Part shown: positions 49,351 through 63,200 of the stretch, in pieces
How positions within the stretch are numbered: the first letter of the stretch is position 1
How the letters are laid out: every line of letters begins with the position of its first letter
Source: Azolla caroliniana
Lineage: Eukaryota; Plantae; Polypodiophyta
Length of the DNA stretch: 64,000 nt
NCBI GenBank assembly: GCA_043228905.1
Contig: JBHGNT010000009.1
Span: forward strand, 3,224,001 to 3,288,000
Direction of reading: 5' to 3'
Program-made: the position numbers and the translations under genes
Notes under the pieces: generated by a model
The model's input: the letters and a program-made list of their open reading frames with translations, nothing else
The model's database searches: none
What the model was told of the DNA's origin: nothing

Positions 49351-49731
49351 GTGGGTCTAGCTGAGCCAGAGCAAGCTCTGTGTAGCAGGAGCCATGGCGT
49401 CTAGAGAAGAAAGTGGCGGACGAGGGCCCGAGCAGGCCAAGCAGAGCTGCAAGAGATTCTGATCCCCTGCCTACCCCACACATTCTCTCTCAAAAGAGCT
49501 TTGCTTCCTCCTAACGTTTGCTTTCAGCTATGTCTTTTTGTTGTTATTGTATGCTATTTATCTGTTCAATAGGAAAAACAATTTGCTAAACCAAACAACA
49601 CCCTCTATAGATAGATCAAATGGTCATCATTTGTCATTAGATGCTTGATATGATTACATAAACACCATTTCTAGAAATGAAATATGGGTTCTAGATCTAC
49701 TGATGTAGAACGACAGAAAAGATGACTCCAA

Positions 49732-49762
<31 letters not shown>

Positions 49763-52373
49763 CCATCTCCATTGAATGAGTAGATCATGATCTCATTCTC
49801 TTTGAGAGATTATGTTGAATGACTGATTGTCTTCCTATTTCAAATTAGCCTGACCAAGAATTCAATTTTTATCATTTGAAGATTTGTTGAGTGTTTGTTC
49901 TCCTCCCGTCTTTCTCTACACCTAACGAGGTTACTTTCTTATCATATTTATGGTATCAGTTGACAATTAAGGATTTTGCATGAACATACTTCAGGTTTGT
50001 GTCATGCTTCTTGAGCAATTTCATCATGGTTCCCAAAGTATTGTTTAGTTTCTATATTAGCATTAAACTAAATCAATCACTCTATGTAACAAACCATAGA
50101 TTATCATACATTCTTTGTGTGATCTTATAGGTTTAACAATTAGCGTTAAAATTTAAGAGTTTAAATCAATTATTGGAGAGTTTAAATATAGATACAACAT
50201 GGCTCAAAACAATCTCCGTTTATAACTTAACTTGATTATAACTTTTTTATAGTAGTTACAACGTACAACAAAGTGAAGTGCAATGGATATGGTTCATTGA
50301 ATGTAACCATATCATTTATGGCATATTCTTGGTTACAATACCTTAGACTCCACATTAATGTGCTTATAAACGGTGCATGCTCAAATTACATTATGAGTGT
50401 ACTACTTCATGACTAGTCCAATGAATGTATGTTATGGCCTATCTTAAATCGTATTATTCTCACTACTTTTGTAATAGCTAATTACTATACACCTTGGTGG
50501 GCACATAACTTGAATCCACACAAGTTGCTTGCTAAGTCACCTTCTAGAGTCCAGCCCTTTTTACATTGCTATCTAAATTAGCAAGACATTGGCCTCACTT
50601 TTCTATAATAACTCCGTTTGTCAACTATCGTTAAGCCCTACATCCCATAACTAAGATAATAGTCCTATGAGACTTCTCTGCTTTTGGTAATAGTTTGCAT
50701 GCCCTCCACGCTTGTTACTTGAATAACTTGAATCAAACGCTATCAATTCTACCTTTCATTTTGTGTCTTTATACTTTCATGCTCAACAATGTTGTCTCAT
50801 CAATGTAAGTGGCTCCATTTGCATATTTGTATTCTAATAATGCTCAACGATATTCTTCTTGATTAGAATCTCTTTTTTATTTGTACTATAAAGTTCTTCT
50901 AAATCATATTACAATGTAAGTGGCTCAAATTTCATTTTGTTTGAAACACAAAAGAACACGATGTGGTAGTAAGCTTTTGAGGAAGAAGACGTAATCTTAA
51001 TGTTTGTTCTTCGAATGCATTTTTTGCCTATAAAAATCGCCTAAATATACCCCTATGTTATAGATGTTACAAAAGTATGAACGATTATTTCTCAAGTTTA
51101 CTAGAGTGTACTTGAACTAAGTCGAGGGTTCTAATCGCATGAAATTAAAGATTGAATACATACAAAAGGGGCATGATACATGTTTAGAGAATATGTTGGC
51201 TTCATTTGCCTAAAAATCAATAACCTAAGTGTGTAGTTTAAGCTAACATACCCTCTAAATATAACTTCTTTCTTTTTTCCCAAAAACCACTCTAAATATA
51301 ACTTTTGTCCACTAAGACATTGCGTAAATGTACATTTCTTTTTTAGTAGGTGAAAGGTTTTGCAACTATGCTTAACATTTCTTTCCTTTTTTCTTTCTTT
51401 GCTTTAATGAACCTTAATAACGTTATATGAAGCATAGACCTTTGCCAAAACACTAACATGTATAAGTAATACATCTATTGCCCCCATTTCTTTAGTAAGG
51501 CAATGTTTATGAGAAGCTCTAGATCAAAGAGGTGTCATCTAGATTGGCATTTAAGGTTGCAAAGTACAAGTTTTAAGTTGAAGAATGTTAGAAACAATAA
51601 TTTATTCTATCAAATTTATTGCAGAAAGCAATGGTCTTTTTTGTATTGGGCCACTTTTTGGCCACCATAGCCTATATAAACTACTAAATAATCTTTCTCA
51701 CATATAATAAATTTCTTATTTCTCAACTTTCTTGTTTAAAAATGGTTTTAATCATTTTATGGTATGCACCTTTCCTACTATGAAATGGTTCATTCATTCA
51801 TTTGTTGGTTTAATTTCCATCACGTAGTAATTTCTATTCTTTATGTTGTGAAAGGTAATGCGTCAGCATGATCTCAATTCAAAATTAAGATGAGTAATCA
51901 AGATGCAACATATAATTACTTTTCTCAAATTTTACAACAAGGTAAGTATGTTCATCAATCCACAAACAACAATGTATTGGGATGTATGAATCCTCTCCTA
52001 AGGATGTATGAAGATTAATACTTTCTCAATATTCTCTTCACCCTCATATTAATTCCTAGTCCTCATGGCAAGCATGTGTTTCACATTGTTTTTCCAATAT
52101 TTCTTTTGAGTGAATATTAATTGATTTGTTAAAGTTACTTGAATGCCCTCAAGATAGTAACCTCAAGTTGCAAGGAGTCTTTCTATGCCATTTATTATTT
52201 TTGTCAAGATGTCTCCGATTGAATTTCTTTTTGTGAGTTGTTTACTATTCATTTCTTTTAAATAAACTAGGTAAAGTTTGCCACCCTTGTGGTATATACC
52301 TTCATTCATTGCATTTTTTCACAGCATTTGGAGGTTATATGCAATCTTTGTTTAATAATATTGATTTTATTGA

Positions 52374-52522
52374 CAAGATTGATTATGTACTTAAGCACTC
52401 ATCTTGATGTTATTTCGTATTTTTTGTAGATATTCCACAAAAAATACGAAATAAACAAGATTGGTTATGTACGTAACTTCTTAAGCACTCATCTTGATGT
52501 TATTTCGTAATTTTTGTAGATA
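52374..52522. repeat. Direct duplication with an inverted spacer
   Basis: caagattg.ttatgtac..ttaagcactcatcttgatgttatttcgta.tttttgtagata twice; 18-bp inverted copy 52410-52427 / 52437-52454 between them. Confidence 0.8.
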
Positions 52523-54639
52523 ATCTTTCTTAGAGAAATCAATTTGACCTTTATAAATAGACCTTTCGAGCAATAGTGAGGTCTTATACTCCTTTTGCTT
52601 CTTTTAAACCCGTTTGTCTATTTGTCTCCTTCTCCCTAAACTATGTTATCTCCAATTCTTTTTCCATTTGGTTCTGAAGCCTTACGTTTGTATCTAGGAT
52701 AATTGGGTTTGTTCAATTTGTTGTATAGAAAGATTTGCATATGCCTTTTTCCAACTCTTTAAGTCATCATCTCCATGTTGTCAAGTTCCTTCAATGCAGT
52801 TTGTCCACATTTGTTTTCTTGAATGTCTCGTCATGCTTGACTTCCATAGGGAACTTAATAACATTCGATTTATTTTGATGTAACCCATCCATTTCTAGTC
52901 ATGAGTTTTTATGTCCTTTCGGAGACAAATATTGGGTTAGTGAACATTGATCGTGTTATAAACTATTGCATGTCACTAGAATAAATGCTCATGTATTAGT
53001 GAGCTGAAGTACAAGAATAAATGTTCAATTGTAAGTTGCTCATGAACACTAGGGAATGCCACCCACTCTTGCACACACTTCAAGAGTTCATTTTCTGGGT
53101 TCTTGCATAGGCTTTGACCCTACACCTAAAACCACTTACCCTACACACCAATTGTACATTTGTCTTTCATTCTTACATATATTTTCTTGACATGTTTCAA
53201 AGATCCTCCACAAAGGGGGAAGTGCAATGATGTGACTAAATCCATATCTCTCGTCCAAATTAAGACACTATTTAGAATAGAGATTGTTTTGGCATTAGCT
53301 AGTCGAGTCTCAAATATGGCACTTCTAAGCTACTTTTGACCCTCGAAAACAAAAGGATAACTTGAAATACAAAAGAGTATAGAATCAGATTATACCCATT
53401 CCAAGAATCAAGTGACATATGCATACATGGAGTAGGTAGATGAATGAAAGGTTAATACTTATGTGTGTCCATAGTGTGCATAGGACATGTCTCAATCCAT
53501 GCCTCAAGTTTGCATGTGTAATATATGGCATCGAATTGTTCAATCTTATCATAATTTGAAAGTCATGGTTTGCCAACAGTATGACATGGTGAAAAGGGTT
53601 CTTGTCACATTTATATATGAATATTGGTTGCGCCATCCAAATATACCACACGCATCATCTTTATCAATCACCGTTTGAATGCCATAAACTACAATAGGTT
53701 GAGCACATCCATCCATACATTAGAGTTGATGCACAATAACTTCTAATGTGACAGCTAAATTTCTTGCTCTCAAGTGTACCACCACGAGAGATGATTTCTT
53801 TGTTTAAGTTTTGACATTACAATGTTCATACCAAGCTCACACATTCAAACATGTTAGTTGATGTTGTTTGTGTGGGGGGTGAATCCAACATAAAAAAAAA
53901 AGTGCGTGATCATATTTCGTAAGCAATATATCTAAGCCTCAAATGAAAAAAAAACCATTATATTGAGTTTTCTGCGTTCATATTCAATTAGCTATATGTG
54001 TACATTGTGTAGGGCTCAAGCAAAAACAAAATACTCCTATAGAAGAACAATGTTTTACTTGGAAGGTGTGGTATTCACAATTTCAATAATTATTTTACAA
54101 AGTTTATAGTACGATTGAGAGTAACAATAGAATTCCTTATTTTCATGTGTATGCAATCATCATGATTCATGGCAATACTCTATACATAGCCAAGATAAAC
54201 AACAAAAAAGATTGTATTACATTTTACATGCTATTTATGACGCTCTCTTGTTTGTGTTAAGTGATTTTTGTATAACCTAGAATTCACAACATTTCAACAT
54301 AAATGATACTCTTCTCATGAAAGTTTTAGAGTCACACCAACAAACATTATGCACAAAAAACTTTAAAAGGATAATGAGTTGGTTTTTGAAATGATTCAAA
54401 AGAGTGGAAAAAATGCGTGAACTCTGTTGCATATATATATTTTTTAATTACTTTAATGGAGATTGTAAGGTAAGGCTCTATAATTGTAAAAGCAAGAGAC
54501 CATCCTATAAAGCCCCTTCATATTTTCCTTCGTACAATATCCTGCATTCTTTGATTATTTTTGGGTAGGTAAAAAGTTGTGTGTTCGTTAATACCCTCCA
54601 TGACTATTGCAAATGTAAAGATGGAGAAAGTTAACCGAC

Positions 54640-55644
54640 ATGGACATAGACTAACCTTACATACACCAAAACAAATATCTATTATCAATCAAAAGACATG
54701 AGTATGACTTTTGGGTTTCCATTAGGGTGATGTAGAATTTTTATTAAAAATATTATGTTGCACATAGAGAAGGCGAGCTAAATGAGAAATTTTCAAGCTA
54801 ATGTGGCTGTTTCCATTCATGTGCAATGTATATGTTCCAATGGTGCAAGGTAGAATACTAGGCACTATACTATTTGTTCTCCTTGGGAATTGATCACCTA
54901 ACGCATGCGTTCTTTCCACAAACACAAACATGAACATGATATGGAACATAAGTATACCGAAGAATCATAAGTATATGGACATAGACTAACCTTACATACA
55001 CCAAAACAAATATCTATTATCAATCAAAATACATGAGTATGACTTTTGGGTTTCCATTAGGGTGATGTAGAATTTTTATTAAAAATATTATGTTGCACAT
55101 AGAGAAGGCGAGCTAAATGAGAAATTTTCAAGCTAATGTGGTTGTTTCCATTCATGTGCAATGTATATGTTCCAATGGTGCAAGGTAGAATACTAGGCAC
55201 TATACTATTTGTTCTCCTTGGGAATTGATCACCTAACGCATGCGTTCTTTCCACAAACACAAACATGAACATGATATGGAACATAAGTATACCGAAGAAT
55301 CATAAGTATATGGACATAGACTAACCTTACATACACCAAAACAAATATCTATTATCAATCAAAATACATGAGTATGACTTTTGGGTTTCCATTAGGGTGA
55401 TGTAGAATTTTTATTAAAAATATTATGTTGCACATAGAGAAGGCGAGCTAAATGAGAAATTTTCAAGCTAATGTGGTTGTTTCCATTCATGTGCAATGTA
55501 TATGTTCCAATGGTGCAAGGTAGAATACTAGGCACTATACTATTTGTTCTCCTTGGGAATTGATCACCTAACGCATGCGTTCTTTCCACAAACACAAACA
55601 TGAACATGATATGGAACATAAGTATACCGAAGAATCATAAGTAT
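54640..55644. repeat. 3 x 335-bp near-identical tandem repeat
   Basis: Units at 54640, 54975 and 55310; unit 1 differs at two positions seen; units 2 and 3 appear identical. Confidence 0.96.
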
Positions 55645-55665
55645 ATGGAACATAAGTATACATGA

Positions 55666-55723
55666 ACATTTATTGGATGCTAAGGAATTTCTAGTTGTAA
55701 ATTCCTTAGCATCCAATAAATGT
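55666..55723. repeat. Perfect 25-bp inverted repeat with 8-nt loop
   Basis: acatttattggatgctaaggaattt ctagttgt aaattccttagcatccaataaatgt. Confidence 0.92.
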
Positions 55724-56381
55724 ATTCAGCTTTTTTTTAATACTTTGAATACGTATTCTATAGATAAAATACGTAGAATACACTAATTGCATAGAATATG
55801 TTAAATACTTCTTATGTTTGTATTGCATCTAACAATTGTTATAGGTTTCTATGGAACACATGCATCCTCTTTCAACATCTAGGATTTGACTTATAGATGG
55901 TATCCTATAACAACGAAAATATCATCAACCTCCCTTTGGTGTCCGGCGAGAAACCACCAAAGACCTGCTTTGAACTAGAATGATTTAATAACCTTATAGC
56001 TTCTTCGTACATAATATCACTCAACCACATAGGCTTTGATGAGACTATTACTAGGATTCAATGACAAGTTGTTTACTTATAATGTATTTGTACACCGCAT
56101 ATATGTAGGTTAGGGAGATCTTTCAGTGAACCAATGATAAGTCCAAAAATCATCGTGTGGAATCCTCTCTTGTTATGATGTGACATGAGAACTATTTATC
56201 TACATGCAAGTGCAATTTGGCTTCTGACTACTCACCCTTCACTAGCATGAGGCTTTGTCCATTTCTCTTTCTTTGCAAATGCAGCATCTCTCGTTGTAGT
56301 GGTTCAAAATTGGACATGCATCAATCAAGCTCTATAGACAATGGCTATGGCAAACCCCCTAGAATATCCACTTTGTTTCAA

Positions 56382-56560
56382 GGGGGGAATTATTAAAATG
56401 AAAAGAACTCTATTCTTACTTTAAGCATGAAATATATAAGCTATATATGCTATTAATATAACACATGCTTGGGGGGATTATTAAAATGAAAAGTACTCTA
56501 TTCTTACTGTAAGCATGAAATATATATAAGCTATATATGCTATTAATATAACACATGCTT
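56382..56560. repeat. 2 x ~89-bp tandem duplication
   Basis: ggggg.attattaaaatgaaaag.actctattcttact..aacacatgctt at 56382 and 56471. Confidence 0.9.
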
Positions 56561-57225
56561 GTGAAATTCACTTTTAGCATAACCAAGGAGCTTTGTGGAA
56601 GTAATGCTTAGCATACCAAGGATATCTTAATTTGAAGTTTCATATTATGCTCGCAAGTTTAGAAGTTAGAATAGGTTCGGAAAGGGCAAAGGTGGTCCTA
56701 ATCTCATTTTAATATGTTGTACAAAGGCTTAAGTGGTCAATATGGATGCCCCATTTAGGCAACCTAGGGAAAAAGCTAGTGCTTGGGTGAAGATGACCAT
56801 CTAGTGGATGGGTGGGTGGAGATCAAGGCTGTTTTTGTTTTGCCAATGTCACACCAAGGCACATGTAAGGTTCTAGTTTAAAAACATGAGCCGATAACAA
56901 AATAAATGTAGCTCAACTTTTGAACATAGCTTGGGGGGTTTCCATACATTTTGACCACACAATACGAGATCATGTCTTGATTCCTATCCAACATGAGACA
57001 ACCATGGGCTATCAAAAGGGCATCTAGCTTGCCAAATCCGTTCGAGAAGGTATTGTAGTTTCTAGACGCATGTCAGAGTGTCTTCCAATCACGTTCATTT
57101 GTCACGACGCATCCTCACATAGGACGAGGCGAAACATGTTCATGAAGCCATGATGGATGTGGGGGGAGGGGGATGGAGGAGGCGTGCGCGAGATGGGGAT
57201 GTTTTACCTTCTTACGACTTAAACT

Positions 57226-57259
<34 letters not shown>

Positions 57260-57803
57260 GGAGGGGGTGTTGCCCAAAAGGCCATGTCTTGGGGTGTATA
57301 TAATATATATATATACATATATACATACATACACGATGCATATAATAAGTAGTAGCATGTGAATGATCAAGAAGGAACCTCCTCCTCTGCATTACAATTA
57401 CATACATACATACATATAGAATTGCATTCATTCATTCATTCATTCATTCATTCATGGTCCATGTCTCCTCACGTTCCTTCCCCCCCCCCCCCCCCCCCCC
57501 CCTCCAAACGTGCAAACCACTTCCAAGTATATGTAAATTAATTATGTATTACAGAAAACTAAGTGTTGGGCTCTTCATCTCCTCTCTCTCTCTCTCACTC
57601 TCTATCCCATCATGCTGTTGATTCTCCTCATTTCCATGATCTTCTTCTTTTCTACTCTCTCTCTCTCTCTCTCTCTCGTCTTGCCTTTCTTTGCCTGCTT
57701 CATCTGCCATAATCTCTCTCCCTCTCCCTCCCTCTCTCTGAGTTTTGGGTTCTTCTGAACAGCAACAGAAATCAAAGGCTTCCTTTCCTTTCCTCGGGAT
57801 TTA

Positions 57804-57848
<45 letters not shown>

Positions 57849-58754
57849 CATACATCTTCTAAAGAAAACCACCCACGAACATGAACCCTAAGGAAATGCC
57901 CGATGTGGGTTGTTGCTTTATTTGCTTTTTTATACTTCTCTGCGAATTGGGTTCTTGTGATTTGCCTGATTTCTGCGCTTTTACAAGAAGAAAGAAGAAT
58001 TAAGAATTAAGGCGGAGGAAAGAAGACGAATTAAGACGAAGAAGAAAGCTATAAAGTGTTCTGACAAGGGTTCGATTAACCTCACCTTCCATTTTTATTT
58101 TTATTTTTTAAACTTTTCAGCGCAAGCCATTCGTTGTCATTCTCACGAGTAAGCATCAGGAAAAAGGTAAGCAAAAAACAGAGCTTTTTGTTTTTGTTTT
58201 GTTTTGTTTTGTTTTGTTTCTTCGTGTCTGCAATTACATTGTATACGTTTTTAAAGAATGCAGCTTCTCTTAAACACATATTCCTTCTTCTAGGACTAAT
58301 ATATCATGATCTACTCTGCTCGAGCTTCGTTAAACGCTTGTATCTTTCTTCTCTCCGTTTTACATGCATCTGCATAACACTGTTTCTAGTATTGTTGGAA
58401 CCTTTATTGTGTTTTGGGCTTCATTCATTTCTAGGGGTTCTTTCTTCTCTGTTTTTACATGCATGCTTGTGCACAGACCACATAGTGAAATCTCTGTTTC
58501 TAGACTTGCCCGGACATTTATTGTGGTTTAAGGTTCCTTAATTCTGACTATCTTTCTTCTCTCTGTTTTACACATATCTACATACATTGGTGTAGCTAAT
58601 GCTCTGTTTCTAGTCTTCTTGGAACCTTCACTCCGCTTGAGCATTCATTAGTGGTACAAGTTTTTTCCAGTGTTGTATGTGCATGTGCGTAGATTTCACT
58701 GATAAACACTCTAATTCTCGTTTTGTTGATATCCTCTTGAACAGGATTTATGCT

Positions 58755-61610
58755 ATGTTTAAAGGGACTAATTCCCCTTCAATGCCGAAGATAGACAAGC
58801 ATATATTTGATGTATTGCCTGGTATAGAATCTCCAGATGGGTGTCCATACATGAAAGGAATCCATCCGCCTTCCGGTTTGGATCACTTTTGTGATGAGCT
58901 TTTCTCGGATAGATCCTTACCATGCAGCCCTCGGGATGGAGGTGGCTATGAATCTACAACTAGTACTTCGGTGGAATCTTCTCCAATAGGATGGCTTCCA
59001 CCATTTTCTTCGACATCTTCTTCGAGGGATAAATCTCGTGTTTGGAAGCTTCCAATGATGCCAAAATATGTCGAAGTCAGAGATATCACTCCGTCGGGGG
59101 ATCAGTGCGAGCATAAAGTAGAGGAATCTGATGCTTCAGGTGAGGATTTCTGAACTTAAGTTCCATCTTGTTATGAACATACATGTAATAGTCATAGATT
59201 TATGGAGTCAGTTAGGCAACAGAAAGGTTCATTAGCTATGGTCAGATATGGGTGCAGAAGGTCATTTGATTGACCACACTATAGATTGCCATGTTCATTT
59301 GTGTTTTACTAAGATAACTTATGATTGGTTGCCCAAGATCCTTACACTTCATATAGGATTGATTTCTCTCATAACGTGACCTTCAGGTGGGATTTCTGAA
59401 ACCTTCGTCCTTTTAATGTCCCCACAGAGTTGGAGATGATGAAGGAACGGTTTGCTAAACTACTTTTGGGTGAAGATCTCTCTGGTGGTGGAAAAGGAGT
59501 ATCAAGTGCTCTTGCCATCTCCAATGCCATCACAAACCTTTCAGGTAGTTTACTCATAGATTATACACAAAATGCACGTATACATTTTGTTGCGCCCATT
59601 TCTGACATCAGTCTTGGGGTGATTTCAGTTTCTGTTTTTGGACAGCTATATAAATTAGAGCCCCTTGCAGAGGAGCAGAAGATTCGATGGCGGAGAGAGA
59701 TGGGTTGGATCCTCTCCGTTAGTGATTATATAGTTGATTTCGTTCCTTCAGTTCAGCAAATGGCAGATGGTATCAGCACCGAGGTAGTGTCTAGTCTCTA
59801 TGCTGGTTTTCAATATAAATATCATCATCCCCAGGTGATTGCAATGAGAATTCTTGTGATAATCATAGGTTATGGTCACAAAACTTCGGCAGGATATTGC
59901 TGAGAAACTCCCAGCTTTACGCAAGCTTGACAACATGTTGTTGGTAGGTATCATGCTCAATCTTTGTCATAACATAATTGCACCATGACCTTGTAAACCA
60001 TTGTAAAGAGTTCAACTCCTGTTCGTGTCCATGCATCGGTTGTCACAAATGGAAACTCCCTGTTAGGACCAGAAAGAAAGAAAAAATAATGATGAGTAAG
60101 AAAAGAGACATGAGGAATCTTGATGCTCTACACACTTGTGGCTTATCCATTTACAGGAAGCTCTAGATAGCTTCAGATCAACGGAATTCTGGTACATCGG
60201 TGAAAAGGATCATGATCAAGCACGATGGAGGCAAGAAGAGAAATGGTGGCTTCCTACTCCTAGAGTTCCGTCCAATGGTTTATCGGCCGATGCAAGGAAG
60301 CATTTACAACACCAAAGAGGAAGTGTTAAGCAGATATTGAAAGCTGCTTTAGCAATCAATGCCCAAGTTTTATCAGACATAGAAATCCCTTCCATCTATT
60401 GGGAGGGACTACCAAAGGTATATTATTAATCAAAGGTGCTATAGTGCACACATTTAACTACTAGTAGATGAGTTGATAAAGGCTATAAATGGGCCCTTTA
60501 GGTGGACAGTGTGGTTAGTTATTATTTGAATCCAATGATCTTAGAATGGATATGGCAGTTGGTCAACTAGTCCTTTGTATATTCATTCCAAGGTCAATTG
60601 TGTTAAGGTCATAGTCATCCACATGATACCTTGATGGGTCAATCTCTAGCTTTCATCGGCCATTTTCTCAAGGCCATATCTGCTATCTTTTATATTATGC
60701 TCACTACTACACATTTTTTATAGAATGCTAGAACGATGCTCGGGGATTCACTCTATCGTTTGATCTCTTCGGAAAGCTTTTCACCCGATGCATTGATCGC
60801 TTCTTGGGACCCGAATCACGACCTCAAAATTGTAGAGCTCGTGAACCGTGTGGAGGGTGCGGTTAACATTTGGCAACGGAAACTTGAGGTTCGGCACATG
60901 CATGCACATGGTAAGGATGGGCGGATAGGTTCCAAGTCAGGGTGGGGACTCTCAAGTGATACTTATGCTTCAAGCGACCAAGAGAAAAGAGAATTGCTTA
61001 CCGAGAAAGCTCGAAGTTTGTTAATATTGCTTAGGCATAAATTTCCAGGGTTACCTCAAACAAATCTTGACATACTCAAAATACAATACAATAAGGTGCA
61101 TAGCCCTGTTTTTCCATTTCATCTCTTAATGTTGTCTCCCTATTACTGAAAATATCTTTGTTTTTCCTGAATGAGTTTTCGTTTCTTTATCAGGATGTGG
61201 GTCATTCTATACTTGAAAGCTACTCAAGGGTACTTGAAAGCTTGGCTTTCAATGTATTGTCAAGAATTAATGATGTTTTATGTGCTGATGATGAGGCAAA
61301 ATACAATCCAACTTTGGTACTTCCAAGGAGCAAGTCATCAAACAAATCCAAATTCCGCCTACACATGGAAATTGAATGTCCACTATCACATTCATCCGGA
61401 CTTCTGAAATCCATGAGCACCTATACTGTAAATGGTGCTGTTCATCTGCAATCATGGCAAAGCAGAAGTGTGTCCGACTTTATGCTTCTAAGAGGTGACT
61501 CTAAAGACTTGGGCCAGTATACAAAGTCTCCTCCACCCTCCCCAATCGCAAATAAGTGGGCATACTCGGGCAATATCAATGTTTTACGGAGCCCGCCGAG
61601 TAGAGATTGA
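58755..61610 (+). CDS. ROPGEF: Rop guanine nucleotide exchange factor (PRONE domain), 7 coding exons, ~593 aa
   Basis: Exons 58755-59139, 59428-59544, 59629-59783, 59869-59943, 60157-60417, 60724-61095, 61194-61610, all GT-AG and phase-compatible (1782 nt); [75 protein letters not shown]-terminal RSPPSRD. Probable 5'UTR intron ~58168-58744. Confidence 0.95.
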
Positions 61611-62619
61611 CATTTATTATTCTTACATCTGTCAATATACATGTGTAAATTGCATGGCCTTGTAGAACTAAGTCTAGGAGTGCCTTCCATGAATTTGTTA
61701 CTTCTCGTGGAGTTTTCATACACTATTCAGAAGTTTGGGGGCCAATTTAGATTCACCGACTTGACCTAAATGAAAAGGAGATGTTGTGATATAGTTACAA
61801 TTTGCATGGAGAATATCAGCCATGGCATATGTAGAGTAAGTTGTCTTCACGCTCAAGTGAAAGAAGGTCCATGTTAAAGGTGGAATCTTACAATAGTTTA
61901 GGAGATTATCTCAATTTCTCACCCTTAGAAGATCTGTATCTAGAGCAGTTGCAATGCCTGGTACAGGTGAACTTGATGATACTTAGTGATTTCCATATGC
62001 ACACATGCTACTGTAAACCCTTATGTCTAACTAGATCGAACATTCATTCTTTTTTTAAGCAATTAAAAGCTCAATAGCTCATTATCTATGTCAATACGTT
62101 GGAATTTGAAATCATCCTCTTTGCTAATAAGGTTGTTAGTGTTGTTTCATTACATTTGAAGAAAAAACTTAAACTCATTGTGAACCTTTACAAAATAGAA
62201 TTGATTGGTAATGCCAACAAGAGCTTGCATTTGTTTTCCTACTCTAGAGGTGAATTCCCTAAAAACCTTTGCAATTAAAGAGATACATTATTGTTACGTA
62301 CATTGCAGTAGTTTCATGTGAATTACAAACGTTTCACATAATGCCAAAAACATAAATTTACATATAGATATTGTATGACACTTGTGAGGTAGGCAAAAAG
62401 GAGAAGTACTAAGGTGCGACTCAAGGACATTTACAAATAGAGCATTTCAAACGTGCACATGTGGAAGAGTTGGATGATGTTGACAATGAAGTTTTGAGAT
62501 GTAATATATAGATGCAAATTTGGCTAGTGTCTACGTAGTTGTATTTAAGGTAACACCTCTAAGTCAAGTGAAGCCTAGGTTGATGTTGCTCCTACCACAT
62601 TAGAGGAGAAATATTCAAC

Positions 62620-63200
62620 TTTACACTTCTCCTTACTTAAGTATTATCTAGAATGAGAATTTGACATCTATTTATTGTTTGTGAAAGACATGTCACCTCC
62701 TAATAGGCTCCCTTAATAATCTTTTCTTCACTTAATTTTTGCGTGTTTTTTAATAATAAAATGTTGAGTAATCGTTTAGGTTTGTTGGGTTTCTGCAACT
62801 CGTTTTGGAAGTTCCGTGTGCAAGAATTGTAGGACAGTTTCTACAACTTGTTTTGGAAGTTCTACATGCCAAAATAGTGGGATCAAGTTGTTGGTGACTT
62901 AACTTGATTGAGCCTTCATAGCTTTACACTTCTCCTTACTTAAGCTTATCTAGAATGAGAATTTGAAGTCTATTGATTGTTTTTGAATGACATGTCGCCC
63001 CCTAATAGGTTCCCTTTATAATGTTATCTTTTCTTCTTAACTTTGCACTTTTTTTTTATTAACAAATGTTGAGTAATTGTTTAGGCTTGTCGGTTTCCAC
63101 ATGCAAGAAATGTAAGAAAATCTATGCAACTCGTTTTGGAAGTTCCACATGCTAGAATTGTAGCAACGAGTTGTTAGTGAAGTAACTTGATCAAGTCTTC
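62620..63200. repeat. 2 x ~303-bp imperfect tandem duplication
   Basis: tttacacttctccttacttaag..ttatctagaatgagaatttga at 62620 and 62923, collinear downstream. Confidence 0.82.

Noticed and set aside
54722-55619. Three near-identical 75-aa ORFs
   Set aside because: By-product of the 335-bp triplication; no domain or coding signal
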